A stretch of DNA of 64,000 nucleotides from Chiloscyllium plagiosum (GCF_004010195.1 NC_057711.1:124341782-124405781), one strand, 5' to 3'. Positions 1 through 13,800 are shown, numbered from the stretch's first letter. Numbers and translations are program-made. The notes: generated by a model not told the origin, from the letters alone.

Positions 1-79
1 TGTTACATTAGCAGTTTTCTAATTTTCTGGGAACTTTCCAGAGTCTAAGGATTCAAATAAGATTCATGCAAGTGCATGG

Positions 80-854
80 CGCAGTTGCCACCAGCTGAAC
101 AAATAGGCCCAACATAAAATTGGCTAAACAGGCTGCAAGCAAGGTCTGATGGAATGCAAAGAGGCCAAAGTTACCACAGGTCAAAAGCAATCAGGGATCA
201 GCCCAGATCTATACTGCATTTTGAACAGTGGTGTCGACCTTAACAGAGTCATTATGACCTGAACCTCATTTTGAGTTATTCAGCCAAAACAAGGGAGAGA
301 CACAACTTTGTTTGTGTATTCCCCAAATTCAGGAAGACCTCTTGGCACTATGGAGTAGTCATATGGATGGATATACCAAGGATGACCTGCCCCAACTTCA
401 TTGGATGCTGTGACCCCTGACTTGTAACTCCATTGATTGAAGCCAAAGAACATTCGAGAAATGGCTAAGAAAGGGGAATAAGAAGGAGCATTTAGCAGCC
501 ATTTTCTCAGTGAAAACTCATCCAGTGAAGACTCCATGTGAGACCTACCTTTGTATCAAGAAGACCATGAGTCCATCTATTGAGAGAGCTCAATGAATTG
601 AATCCAGAGCACAATCAAGTTCACAGGTGGTTAATGTGGTTTTTCAGGTGGTCAGCCTAGTTTGGGGCAATGCTCATTTGTTATGTAGGAATTGTTTCTT
701 TAACTCATGAGTGTTTTCATAAAACTAAGTTTGAACCACAATCCTTTATTTGTCTCAAATAGTAAGAGAACCTGGGTATATGCATTTTATGAGTAATAAG
801 CAGGTTGGTGTGTTTGTATAGAATATTTCTCAGGCAACAGTGTATCCGCTAACA
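80..854. mobile_element. LTR-like insertion in CR1
   Basis: Interrupts the CR1 and ends in ...ccgctaaca; left end and TSD not resolved. Confidence 0.3.
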
Positions 855-1220
855 CTATACCCTTAAATATCCTAAGATTTATCCCTGAAGTCCAGAGGGC
901 TCATTGGCTTTTAACCTCTATATGTTACCGAGCACATTTTCTCTACTGACTCTGACTTTCTCTCTCACTTTTGCCCTTTGATTATTTACTAAGTTTGGAA
1001 TGCTCTTACTGCTATTGGTATCTTGTACGGATGAAAATTCCTTGTTCAACTTCTGCCATTTCCTTGTTTCACAATATTATTTCCCCTGACTAGTTCTCTA
1101 AGGGTCTCTGTGTTCAAAGAAGCTCCAGTATTAGTAGTACCTACAAGTTTACCCTCAAAGTTTACTTATTCTCTCTTTTGGTTGACTTGTGTGGATTTGT
1201 AAAACATTCCAAATCCTCTA

Positions 1221-2201
1221 TGATATGACATGGACGCAGCAAACTGAACCAAATCAACCTTCCTAACTGTCTATTCACAACATAGTAAAACTAAACTGTC
1301 AAAGACCATTAAAAAGTCCAATAATTTATAACCAGACTTTCAAACAACCAATCCTGCACTTTGTAAATACTTAATTTTCAGACTCTTGTTTTGTATCTTA
1401 GCCAAAAGACTTATAACATGCACAATAACTTTAGCAGAGAGAAAATTCAATAAAATCAGCATGTGCTTTAAATGTCTGTGCTTTAAATACGAAACATTTG
1501 TTTTCAGTCCTGTTCACACAAAAGACAGGCAGACAAACACAAAAAGTTAAGAGACAAATAAAATAAAATAACAAAACTGGCCAGATTAGTTTAATGGCAT
1601 TCATTGTGTGTTTTTTACAGGCATAGATGTAGACTCCTTGGCTGCTGAACTGAAATATTGATCAGGGTCACCTTCTCAGTTCAACCAGGCAAAAACAGCT
1701 ATATTTTTAACTTAGTTTTCTACTCTTTATGTTTCTGGAAGCTGATGTAGTAGATTAGGCAGGGAGCTTACAAATCTTCATGCTGTCTCAGCAACAGCTC
1801 AGAACCATCTCTCTGAAAACATTGTTAAAAAAAATCCTTATATTCTGGTTCCACATTGATAGACTTTTCCCGAGGCCTCAATTACAATTCAGCAACTGCC
1901 ATGTGGAGGAATGTAGAGTCTCGTCCAGATTTGCTAGAACCAATTACCAAGTTTTGACCTCATTAATAGTGTTTGTTTAAATACAATGCTCTTCCTAAGG
2001 GTTGCTGTGTATATTAATCAGGAATCAGCCCACAATTAGCTTCCAAACCTGGCCTCAGAAATAAATAAAGCTTGCTTAGTCCATTTTTTTTTCTTTATAT
2101 CATAAACTGACACAAGGTACACCAGTCAATTCCACTCACAATTCAAAATGTTTTAAAAGAATAAAAATAAAATTAATGAAAAATCATTGAGAGTTCTAAC
2201 A
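1221..2201. mobile_element. Probable solo LTR (981 bp)
   Basis: TG...CA termini (TGATATGAC / GTTCTAACA), near 4-bp TSD tcta/tctg, splits a CR1 fragment. Confidence 0.55.
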
Positions 2202-2489
2202 TCTGGCTGACCACTTATCTTTGTCACATTGTATTTTTTTGTCTTTCAATTTGATGCCATCCTTAATTCTCCTGGTTAATCATGGCTAACTTCCCCCTTC
2301 CTAGAATCACTTCTTTCTCATTGAAATATATCTTTGCTGTCAACAAAAGACTATGTTCTTAAACATTTGTCATTGTTCCTTAACCATCGTTATTAACAGA
2401 CTCCTTTCCCAGTTCACTCTAGCTAGCTCTGGTTTCATTCCTTTGCAATTACCTTTATTAAAGCTTAACATTGTTGTTTCCAACTCAAT

Positions 2490-3495
2490 GACTAGTCGTG
2501 TACCACAGGGTTTGGTGCTGGGACCATTGTTGTATGTTATTTACATAAATGATCTGGATGTGAATGTATGAGGCATGATTAGTAAGTCTGTGATGATACA
2601 AAATTAGGAGGTATTGTTGATAGTGAAGAATCAAAAATTACCATGGGATCTTGATCAGTTGGAGAAGTGGGCTGAGGATTGGCAAATGCAATTCAATACA
2701 GATAAGTGTGAGGTGTTGCACTTTGGAAAGTCAACCCAAGGTAGGACTTATGCAATAAATGGTAAGGTCCTGGGGAGTGCTGTGGAACAGAAGGACCTAG
2801 AAGTACAAGTACATAGTTCTTTGAAAGTGGTGTCACAGGTGGACAAGGTGGTGAAGAAGGCATTTAGCATGCTTGCCTTCATTGGTTGAGGCATTGAGTA
2901 TAGGAGTTGGGATGTTATGTTACAATTTTAAAAGTCATTGATGAGGCTGCACTTGGAGTATTGTATACAGTTTTGGTTATCCTGTTTTAGGAAATACATA
3001 ATCTGGAAAGAACGCAAAGAAGATCTATGAGGATGTTTCCAGGACTAGTAGGCCTGAGATATAGGAGAGGCTGGCCAGGATAGGGATTTATTCCTTGGAA
3101 TGTAGAAGAATGAGGGATGACATTATTGAGGTGTATAAAATCACAAGACGTATAGATAGGAAGAATGCATATTGTCCTTTTCTGGGGGATGGAGAATTGA
3201 AAACTAGAGGACATAGGTTTAAAGTGAGAGGGAAAAGATTTAAGAAGGAGCTGAGGGCCAACGTCTTCACACAGAGAGGTGTGTACATGGAATGGGCTGG
3301 CGGAGAAAGTCATTGGAGCAGGCACAATAGCAACATTTTAAAAAAAAGTTTGGATGGGTACGTGGATGGGAAGGATTTAGAGGGATACAGACCAATTGCA
3401 GGCAATTGGAAATAGCTGTGTGGGCATCATGATCAGTATGGACCAATGTGGGCCAAAGGGCCTCTTTCCATGCTGTATTACTCTATGACTCTATA
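2490..3495 (+). mobile_element. 5'-truncated CR1/HER1-like LINE (RT C-terminus and 3' end)
   Basis: VPQGLVLGPLLYVIYINDLD, WQMQFNTDKCEVLHFG, KTRGHRFKV motifs; ctctatgactctat tail. Confidence 0.92.
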
Positions 3496-3544
3496 ATTCA
3501 TGTTCTTCTCTTTGAAACTCAATGCAAAATTCTACCATGTTATG

Positions 3545-4715
3545 GATGAGAGTGACTGCCATTGACATCAAGTTGACCATTTGATCGAGTGTGGCATTAA
3601 GGAACCCTAGAAAACTGGAATCAATGGAAATCAATGAGAAAACTCTGCACTTGTTGGAGTCACACCTGTCACAAAGTAGTATCATTATACTTGTTGCAAC
3701 TGAGTCACTTGAGCTCCAGGACATGACTACAGGGATTCTCAAGGTCGTGTCCTAAGCATAGCTATCTCCAGGGGTTAATTCACCAATAAGCTTTGCTCTA
3801 CCATAAGGTCAGAAGTGGGGATGTTTGTTGATGAATGCACAAAATTCAGAAACTTTTACAGTTCCCCAGAAACTGAAGCAGTCCATGTTCAAATGCAGCA
3901 GGACGTAGACAATATCTAGGCTTGCACTGACAATGACAATTGATATTCGTGTAACACAGTTATCTCCAACAACAGAGAATCTAACCATCATCCACTGACA
4001 GCTCCCATTCAATAGGACTACCATAGCTGAGTTCCCCACTATCTACATCCTGGGGCCATGATGTGGAGGTGCCGGTGTGAGACTGGGGTGGACAAAGTTA
4101 AAAATCACAAGCTTTCAGAGCTCTGCTCCTTCATCAAGTAGCTAGTTGCCTGATGAAGGAGCAGTGTTCCAAAGCTTGTTATTCCAAATAAACTGGTTAA
4201 CTATAACCTGGTATTGTGTGATTTTTAAATACATCCTGGGGATTATCATTGACAAGAAATTGAACTAGAACAAATGCTGTGGCTACAATAAAAAGTCAGA
4301 GGGTATGAATGCTGCAGTGAATAACTCATCTCCTGAGTCCACAGGAGTCCTCAAGGCATAAATCAGGAGTCTGCTGGAATACACCCCACTGGCCTGGATG
4401 TGTGTATCTCCAACTGCATTCAACAAACTTTACACCATTCAATTTGCTTGATGAGCACCACATTCACATTCACTCCCTACGCCACTGATGCAGTAGTGTG
4501 TGCCATTTACAAGATGCACTGTAGAAATTCATCAAATCTCCTTCAGAAGCACCTTCAAACCCACAACTATTAATGTATAGAATGACAAAGACAGCAACTA
4601 CATGTGAATACCAGCACCTGTACATTCCCTCCCAAGCCATTCACCACCCTGACTTGGAATATATCTCTGGTCCTTCAAGGCTATGAGGTTAAAATCCTGA
4701 ACTCCTCTCCAATGG
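3545..4715 (+). mobile_element. CR1-group (Crack/Daphne-like) LINE RT fragment
   Basis: Decayed ALDIK..FDRVWH and RSEVGMF(A)DD-like motifs; same family as 11140-11920, 24200-24485 and 49790-51552. Confidence 0.7.
4056..4229 (-). mobile_element. Penelope-derived palindromic mini-element, family B
   Basis: Inverted arms around cttcatcaag..cctgatgaagg; 12-bp TSD TACATCCTGGGG at 4044-4055 and 4230-4241. Confidence 0.85.
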
Positions 4716-5209
4716 CACCAGTTAGTAGTCAAACTAAGTGGGCCAACACAAGGGCAACAGTTTAAAAGGACTTACTGCAAGTAATCCACTGAAAATCACC
4801 ATGCCAGGTTGAGACTGCCACTCCTGCACAAGACCGCCTGCTGGGCCGTTGGAATACCTGGACACTGAAGATGAAGAAAAACTGAACGGAGACCTCCATT
4901 ACCAGGACAAGACCACCATGCTAGGGTGAGACCACCACACAGGGAGACCGTCACACCAGGCCAAGACAGCCTTTTACCTCCTGCAGGCAACCGGGCTTAG
5001 CTGCAGACCTAGAGCCTCAGGCTAGCCTGCAAGACCAGGCTGGGGGAATCAGCTACGACCTGTTCCTCGCTCATCGAGAGACCCTAGGTTAGAGTGGACC
5101 CTAGGTTAGTCTGGCTCATTCTGTTGTTGCCTCCAGTGGCTTCCTCCTTTGCCCACCACTCTTCAGGCTTTAAGGAAAGAAAACAAAGAAAAAAGAACAA
5201 GAGCTTGTA

Positions 5210-6370
5210 TTGCCAAGGAGCATCATATCGATGAGAAATAGAACAGGATCAAAACTAAATCCCTAGGTGTGTGGATATGGGAGGAAACTCTAGTACAAAT
5301 GCTGATTTAGCTGCAATAAGATGAATAAGTATGGAAACAGGCAAATGCAGTCCCATCAGACCCATTGATAGTGAAGGAGAAGGGGAAGGAAGATGACACG
5401 ATAAATTGTGTGAAAGGCTGCAGACAAATAGAGATGGCTACAGAAGAACAGTTTACCTTTTGTGGTTACATAGAATGTAAATTTACCTTTGGTAAGAACT
5501 GTCTAATTGTTGTGGCAAGAGTAAAAACCTGATTGGAGGGACTTAAGTGTGGAGTTCCTGGAATGTGAGCACAAATCTCGGAGGTGACAATATGCCCAAA
5601 GACAGAAGAAGACTCTTCTCCCTCCAGAAGATACTGGAGCATTCAATCTCTCATGACCAGACTGTGCAACAGTTTCTTCCCCCAGGCCATCAGGCTCCTT
5701 AACACTGTATGATCAGACTCCATTCCAACTGAAACTCTTTGCACAATATTGAATTGCTGCTCGGACAATGTTTCATTAATTATCATTCTTTTATTACACT
5801 GTAATTTATACATGATTGTGACTATTGTCTTGATGTGTCAGGAAGCACTGTAATGTCTTGCGTGTTTTGCACTTGTTAGGCACTTTATGTCACCCTGTGT
5901 ATGATTGTGTAGTTTGTGCTGTCCATGTAGCACCTTGGTGCTGGACGAAACACTGTCTCATTTTTACTGTATTAGTCATATATGGTAGAAATGACAAATA
6001 AAGCTACTCTTGACTTGATTCTTGAGAGGGAGGTTGGAGATGGCATGATAGATTGCAGGGTGGTGAAGGTCAAGTGTTTTTCTTTGATAAGAAAGATAAT
6101 GACAGCAGATTTAAACAGAGATGGATCAGAATCTCAAGAAAAGAAGCCACTAACAAATTTGGCTAGATTAGGGATCTGGAAGGGAAGCTGGTTGGTCTGC
6201 ATTTTGGTAAGAATAGGAACTGCCATATAAAAAGGAAGAAATAGAGTCACAGGAATAGAAACAATTCTCATGTACAAGATGACTCAGTGAGAGCATCAAG
6301 GAAAATAAGAGATAAATGAGAGAAAGGTCAGAATTCTGGGTTAAGGTAGGAAATGTGCTTGAGGGGAAAT
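5210..6370 (-). mobile_element. Old L2-like LINE fragment
   Basis: Antisense LYLSAAFHTI (about 5400-5435) resembles the L2 LDLSAAFDTV motif; interrupted at about 5605-6020. Confidence 0.55.
5605..6020 (+). mobile_element. 3' end of Rex1/Babar-like LINE
   Basis: RLCNSFFPQAIRLLN C-terminal motif, AATAAA followed by a (cttga)n tail. Confidence 0.65.
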
Positions 6371-7768
6371 ATATGTTTATGCAAATATATTTAAAAGAAA
6401 AATTGAATTCGGGAAACCAACCATTTGCTGAATACATCTAATGCAAATTCTACCACAGCTGATTGTGTTTATTTTTAATTCTCTCCAGTTTGCAGTCAGG
6501 TTTCTGTCTGTGGTGTTAAGTCTGAATGTTGTTGTAAAATAACTCCCTCCCAGGCCTCAGTTTGTTTCTCATTCCACAATTTTCATACAGTGTATTATGT
6601 TAACCATTTTTGGCATTAGATATGAGAAGAGTGTGGGAGAACAATTATGTTTTATTCCTACTATCTATTTAAAAGTAGATTATCTTGCAACCGAAGTTTT
6701 CCTTCACAGTTGAGGCATGATATTTGAAATATAATATCAATCTAGTCCTGTGAAACTGCACTGTATTGTCATACTTGTTAAATTATATAGAAATCATGTT
6801 AAAAACTAAAGATGAGTTCATCAAAATGAGATTGTAGATCTACTTAAGACGGCATCTTCACTGCTCAAATATTAATGCACTTTGCATGACTGAAGCAGAA
6901 CATTATGAAACTGTTAAATTATTCAATGATCTTACAATGGCCTGTGTAGGCGACTTCCATTTCCTTTAAGCTTCTATGGTCACAGTTAGTTGGACAGCAG
7001 TGGCAAAGTTGTGTGACATGTAGTTGCTCCAAATAAAACTCTAATAGTCTTGCTATCATCTGACATCTGCATGTGCTCACAGTCTTATTTGGCTACATTT
7101 GCGTGAAAGAACTGATGAAACAGATATGGCAGGTGAAAAGCTTGCTAAATTTGAACACAATGATTCTGCTGTGTCTCAATTATTGATATTTCTTTGGTGC
7201 TTTGGAGAATAGATGTTTCACTGCAACCATGCTTAACCGCCTTAGTTCACGTAATTTGCTAAAAATAAGCAAGGTGATTACTCAAATTCATGATATGGTG
7301 AATTTTAAAACTGTGACTTTTGATGAGATACTTCAAAGCGCAGTGAGCAAATAGTGGAAGTAAATTGATTAAAAATTTCTGCAATTTTCCTGTGAAGCCA
7401 GGAACATTTGTTTAAAGATGAATCACACTCAGTAAAGTAAATCTTACTGGCAAATTAAGAGCTACTTTTATCTAATGCATTAGTGCATGTTAACCTTGAT
7501 GAAATCGTTTTCAGCATATTCTTCATGAACAAAGTTAGCTTTTGAAGGTGCAAATTCAATAGCATCCAAAAATGACCGTGGTGATTATGATGCATGATTA
7601 ACCCTATGGTGATACACAAAACAGGCTGCACAATAATTTCAATGCCTTGTGTATATTTTCTATGGGCTTGTGTATATTTTCTGTTGAAACTACACAGGGA
7701 TAACACAAGTGCTTTAATATGTGTACTCTATCCTTCTGGCTTGAGTGTCAAGCTCTTTTTACAACTTT

Positions 7769-8110
7769 GGGGCATGCAATGGCTCAGTGGTTAGCACTGC
7801 TGCCTCACAGCACCAGGGACCTAGGTTTGCTTCCAGCCTCAGGTAAATGTGTGGAGTTTTCACATTGACTGCTCGGTTAACTTCTGGCTGCTCTTGTTTC
7901 CTTCCATAGTCCAAAGATATACAGGTTAGATGGATTGGCTTCACTAAATTGCCCATAGTATCCAGGGGTGTGCAAGCTAGATAGATTAGCCATGGGAAAT
8001 GCAAGGTTACAAGGACAGGTTGGGACTGGGTGGGATGCTCTTCAGAGGGTCAGTATGGACTCTTTGGGCTGAATAGGCTGCTTTCACACTGGAGGGGTTC
8101 GATGATTCTA
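7769..8110 (+). mobile_element. HE1-type tRNA-derived SINE (diverged)
   Basis: tggctcagtggttagcactgctgcctcacagc head, conserved core, CR1-like 3' tail. Confidence 0.85.
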
Positions 8111-8874
8111 GCTTTGTTTACTTTTTTCACAGTCTGTACCTATATTTAACCAATTTCAGACTACGATCACCAACAGTAAATAGGCTCAGAATTTAAACAC
8201 AGATCAACCTAACACTAAAATTTTAATGTCCAAAACAGAAGAAGAAACAATTAGAGTTTGTGAATGACACATAGTGATTCAACTCACTTCACATAACTCA
8301 GAGTGAAGCCCTGTATAATCAATGATTTCATGTCTAGTGTTACATTGGTTTCACTGATCATTCCACTTGGAACCAGCACTAATTCTAATACTAAATAACT
8401 GGAGGCCTCAGGAAAGGTCTAACATGTTGAGTATTTGGGCCTAAAGCTTGCCTGAACGTCTTGCAGAGGTGGGTGGAATAGGAGCTGAAATTCATGGAGG
8501 AAGTGATGTTAACCTAGAAAAGAATAAAGTATGGTATAACATGGAAAAGCTTGACCCTAAAGTTTTAAGCTATTGTACTCGAGGCCTTTACAGAGATAGG
8601 AGGAAAGGTGCCCTGGATTTAATGGCTCTTGAGACTTACATTTCAGAAAGCAAATACTATGGTTGCCAGTGACAGGAGTCAAACCCCACTGTCAAATGCT
8701 GTCTGAATACAGTGCTATATGAAACTGGTCAAGGTCCTTACGTATAATAATCAAGAAATTGCAAACCAGACATTGCTCAATTTACCACAGCCCAACCACT
8801 TATCTATGAGCAATTTTTAATAATCAGTATTCATTTCTTATCTTTGTATATCAACCACAGCAAGTTTCATACCT

Positions 8875-9085
8875 ATAAAGTCACCATAATCTTACGAGAC
8901 TATAGATTGCTGTCTCATTAGAGAGAGACCACTGACGGTGGCTTAATTTGATGGTCACCATGCCTCAGGTATAGGAAAGGTTTAGAAGAAAAATCCTTCA
9001 TGGTCACCTCAGTCAATGCAGGAATCAAACCCTTGCTGTTGGAGCCATTCTCTACTGTAAGATAGTCATCCAGCTAACTAATCCC
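8875..9085 (-). mobile_element. tRNA-derived SINE, second family
   Basis: Homologous to 25235-25375 and 61730-61930 (ctctctaatgagag..actatggtgacttt core); antisense B-box-like ggtttgattcc. Confidence 0.6.
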
Positions 9086-9669
9086 ACTTACATATTGTAG
9101 GTCATATCAGCCAGACCACTCAAACAGATTCCACAAGAGTCATGAGCAGATTTGCCTGTCCTGTAGCATAAGGTGGCATATAGCTGTAGACAACTGGAAC
9201 TAACTGAGAAGGCTGAAATGTATTTGCATGCCCTACCCTCCATGGTGTGCTGGCTATTATTCAGATGGCTAAATACCATGGCAATGATACATTGAATATA
9301 ACCAAACTCTCACACTTTATTTTCCTTCTGAATTTCCACCTCTCAGTAATCATATTTCTTCAGATTTACTGGAATTGGATAGTTCAAACATGCATCTTTT
9401 ATTTGGCCTTTTAATCGATATAATATAATTTAACTCCAAACGTCTTCTTGAGACTTAAATGTGTTATGTGGTTAAGAAGTGAGTGAACAGCAAGATATCA
9501 TGATAAGAGTAATACACATGGTCAGCACGAGGAAATTGTCACCAGAGACAGACTGACTCAGAGTGAGTGAGTGGGATTTTGACCAAAGTGGGAATTCAGA
9601 TCAGTGGGGGGAAAAGTTGCTTTCATTAATTTTTACTCCAACAAATAAAGTCTCTGCAAAAATAAACTT

Positions 9670-10135
9670 GAACATTTTATAAATTGCAAGAAGCTGAAAA
9701 GTGAAGATGTACAAAGGGATCTCTGTGTCCTGTTGATAAGGCTAACATTCAGATGCAGCAAGCTATTAGGAGGACTAATGGAATGTTAGCTTTTATTGCA
9801 AGAGGATTTGAGTACAGGAATAGTGAAGTCTTACTTCAATTGTCAAATAGCTTAGACTGAACATAGAGTTCTGTATGCAGGTTGTGTCTCCTTATCTCTG
9901 GAAAGATATTATTGCCATTGAGGGAGTACAGTGAAAGTTCACCAGACTTGTCACTGTGATGGCGGGTCTATGTATGAAGAGAGATTGGGTAAACTGGGGC
10001 TCTATTCTCTGGAGTTTTGAAGAATGAGAGATAAACTCATTGAATCTTATAAAATCCTGAAATTGATTCACAGGGTAGATGCAGATTGGGGAGACTAGAA
10101 CCAGAGGATTGCGAACTTTTGAAATTCTCTGCTTT
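9670..10135 (+). mobile_element. Decayed CR1 LINE 3' fragment
   Basis: ANGMLAFIARGFEYRN and LGLYSLE motifs. Confidence 0.8.
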
Positions 10136-10624
10136 CTGTGAGAAAATTGTCAAATAATCCTGAAATGTAAGAATTTTTGTATTGTAGTCTAAGGGTTTCC
10201 AATTATTTGGCTTGTTTCTGTGTTAATTCTGTGCCCTTTCACATAAATAAACATTTTCCTTTCCAAATTCTGAAAGGTGATGTAGAGGACAATACACAGT
10301 GTTGTACATTTACCATTTTATTAGAGAGAGCCAGAATTTAAATTGAATTTGAATCGCTGCTAATACACTTAATGTTTAGATTGCAACATTAAGCTGAAAG
10401 ATGAAGTGTGGACTATGCTTGAATACAATATCAAACCGAGAGTAGCACTGGCTGAAATTATTAAAGATGCATTCTGAAAGGTAGTTTGGAGTATTCAGAT
10501 GAAAAAATAAAACTATAATTTAATTTAACTCAGGGTAGGGAGATTTATTTTCTTGATTGATTGACTAGCCAGCTGATTCACCTGGAGATCTTGACAATTT
10601 TAGTCACAAACTCTCATATAGAAT

Positions 10625-10920
10625 GTGTGGTCTTTTGGCAGTGGTAGTGTCGCTATGTCTGAGCCAGAAGATATAAGTTCAAGTTCCACCTGCTCCAGGG
10701 GTGCATGTACTGACATCACTGAACAGATTGTTTAGAAAATATCTAAACCTCCATTCAATAGAATGGATGATTTGCTAGTGAATCTGAAAATAATTGAGCT
10801 GAGTTTTTAGGTTAAGGGCTGTTGTGGCACGGTAAGAGAGTCCTAAGTTCGAAGGCCCAGTAAATATCAATTGGATCAGATATGTGGCATAGGACATCTG
10901 ACCAGGTTGATTAAAAAGTA
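10625..10920 (+). mobile_element. Two short tRNA-like SINE remnants
   Basis: tggcagtggtagtgtc..gttcaagttcc A/B-box-like motifs; both end in similar (c)tgaacag(a/g)ttg..taaaaa. Confidence 0.35.
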
Positions 10921-11139
10921 ACCGAGCATTATTTAATTTTCCCCAGTCCACTTCCTCTCAATTTCAGGATGCTAGCTGTGTGAAACGTGGCCTCCAGATC
11001 AATGGTGATAAAGGGCATTTACTAAGATGTGTTGGCCTGGAAGGTGGAAGTCTCCTAACGCCGCAACTTTCTCCACGTTCTACTGGTCCAACAAAGGAAT
11101 CTTCTATATCTCTTCTGATGAGCTCAGTGTTTGATTTTT

Positions 11140-11920
11140 ATTTTTGTTCATTCATGTGATGTGGGTGTTGCTGGTGCATTAAGAGAAAACTATCATTCTT
11201 GGGATGTCGACCTTGTTCTTTGGATCAGCATCTGTTGACAGGGTGGTGGTCATGAGTTGCCTTCTTGAACCACTGCAGTCCATTTGGTTTAGACAGGCCC
11301 ACAATACTGCGAGAGAGGGAGTTCCAGGATGTTGATGCAGTGACTTTGAAGGAACAGCGATATATTTCTAATTCAGGATAGTGAGTGGCTTGGAAAGGAA
11401 CATGCAGATGATCATGTTCCTCTGTACTTGTCCTTCTGAATGGTAATTGATTGTGCTTTTGGAAGGTGCTATCTAAGGAGTTTTGGTGAATTTCTGTAGC
11501 GCATCTTCTGGGTGGTATACAGTACTCCTACTATGTGTCAATTGTGGATGGAAAGCTTATCAAGGTGGTTGCCAGTCAAGCAGTTTTCCTGATGGTGTCA
11601 AGCTTACTGAAAGTCATTAGAATTGCACTCATCTGAGAAGCATTCCAACATGCCCCTAACCTATGCCTTGAGGATGATGGACAAGCTTTGCGGAATCAGA
11701 AGATGAGTTACATGCTGCAGGATTCCCACCCGCTGACCTGTTCTTGTAGCCTTCATAAGTATGAGGCTAGTCCAGTTCAGTTTCTGGTCAATGATAGTTG
11801 TCAGGGTGTTGTTTCATGGGGATTCAGTTATGATGACATAATTGAACATCATAACATTGATTGTTGGATTTTCACTTGTTAGAAATGCTCATTGCCTGAC
11901 ACTTGTATGGTGCAAGTATT
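11140..11920 (-). mobile_element. CR1-group (Crack-like) LINE 3' portion
   Basis: Reverse-complement homology to about 3950-4715 and 24200-24485. Confidence 0.7.
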
Positions 11921-12095
11921 ACTAGCTAGGGCAGCATTTCTTGCCTATACCTAATTGCCCAGAGGGCAGTTAAGAGTCAACCATATTGTTATGGGTCTGG
12001 AATCACATGCAGGCTAGACCAGGTAAGCATGACAGATTTCCTTCTCTGAAGAACATTAATGAACCAGATGTTTTTTTTTATGACAATTAACCGCA
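11921..12095 (-). mobile_element. Non-autonomous head+tail derivative (SINE) of the Crack-like LINE
   Basis: LINE 3' tail (gcagcatttcttgcc..ctaattgccc) joined directly to LINE 5' head sequence (agagggcagttaagagtcaacc) at 11960/11961. Confidence 0.6.
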
Positions 12096-12099
12096 GTTA

Positions 12100-13800
12100 C
12101 ATTGGGAGGATCCTTATCTGTGGGGGGTGTGGGAGTGGTGAAAGATGTGGGCTATGGTGTGTAGTGTGGCAGATTCAGACAAGATGTCCTTTGGGGACCA
12201 TCTCAATGTCAGGAGCAGCTCATTGTATCTGTAATGTTATTACCGAGCAATGAGGTGAGTTTCATCCCAGGCTTTGACAAGTTGCCAAATAAGGGAGATT
12301 ATGCCGAAGTAACACCACAACTTGCCTCATTATGAGTTGCATCACATTTATCTTTCCAAATGCACCAAAGAAGCTGTTGAAAATTCTCAACATGGAATTC
12401 AGAGCTGGTACCCATTGGTACCCATTAACTTCAACTTGCAACTCACTGCATGTTACCCAGCTCAAAACAGTGTCTCGGGTACAGTCCATGGCCCCACCAC
12501 ACACCCTCCAACAGACGTTCACATCCAACACTTGCCAGCACCTCTCCAATCCAATTGCAGGTCACTGAGCAAATACAGACCTGCATTGCAGTATGCACCA
12601 GCAACTAGCAATGAAAAGCTGCTGCAAGAACACTGCATGCAAGCCAAGCACTCAGCTCATGGATTCAAACAAGCTCCATCTCAGGGTTGTTTGCTTGCTA
12701 TCCTTGCACATACTCTCTTAGAACCAACCTGCATGCCCACAGCATCCATGCCTTGCCTTGCCAAGTTTTGCCATGCCATGCCAAGTGCATTGACACTTCT
12801 GCCAGAGCCAAAAGCTGTCAGTAATGCCTTACTGACATGCTCCTCATCGCAGTTGCACAACAAAGTTGCTTGCCATGTTTGGCCACAGGGACCTGCTCAA
12901 GATGGTGGGCAGGTCTTGCTTTCTGCATACCAAGATGTCAATCTAGCACCTACAGCAGGTGCCAACTATGTGAGCAGCTAATGCACTCCATATTTATTCA
13001 ACCAAGCAGTTATATCAGAAACTGGATAGATGCAAGTTCTAAATGTAGGAGTCCATGGTCAGTCTGAGAGTCCAGGTATCCTCAGTCATAGGCAGAGTCT
13101 GCACCCAGCTCAGGGGTTTAGCAAGAGTCAGCCATCTGCTCAGGCTGCTCGCAAGAGTCAGTCCTGTCAGGCCACGTCCAGGAATCAGGGAATTGTCTTT
13201 CATCAGTTGGGGAGCAGCAAACACAGCAGTCAGGCATCTGTTCAGCAATGGGTCAGAGCAACTCCTCATAGTTAGTCAGAAGCATGGGGTGAATTCAGTC
13301 TGTTGTTAGTTCAGGAGAATGAAAGGAGTGGCTGTAGAGGCAGTGGAAGGATCAGTGCAATAGGGTGGGTGTATCAAGATTTGATGATAGCAATAACAGA
13401 GGCATTAGTTGAAATGGGGACAAGAACGTTGATAGATAGAACGGTGTATCAGGGAGGGCATGGTGGTTATTTGATAAGTCTTAGCAGCAGTAAACAGCAT
13501 CATGCCCTGTACAGACAACATTGAGGATCAGGGTGAGTAGGATTAAAGTGTAATGCGGGAGGTCAGAGTGCAGTGAGGGCAGTTGGAGGTGATGTTCCAT
13601 GCGGTGGCTGGAAATGGATGGTTGTGATAGCATGAGATTGGTGACATGGAGATTCTGGGGGGAGTTACTTGAAGGAAGGTACTTGAAGACCAGGCAGAGC
13701 CTGGTGCTGATGGTTTCCATCATGTGCTACGTTCCCTGTTATCATTCACCATTCTTCAGATGCTCAATGCAACTAGAAAATGAAATTGGCTAGGACAACG
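12100..13800 (-). mobile_element. Probable Harbinger-type transposon remnant (Myb/SANT gene side)
   Basis: Antisense MLLTNYEELL at about 13255-13285 resembles the LLTK*ENRIL exon at 36730; lies upstream of the transposase relic. Confidence 0.35.

Larger units (their letters stand above)
1..2485 (-). mobile_element. Decayed CR1-like LINE ORF2 fragment, interrupted by two LTR-like insertions
   Basis: Segments 1-78, 855-1220 and 2202-2485 read as consecutive antisense CR1 ORF2 sequence (e.g. ccaaatcctct|ggctgaccactt rejoins across the 1221-2201 insertion). Confidence 0.6.

Noticed and set aside
12322-12981. 219-aa ORF, the longest in the window
   Set aside because: No recognisable domain, non-ATG start, and it lies in a probable transposon remnant on the opposite strand
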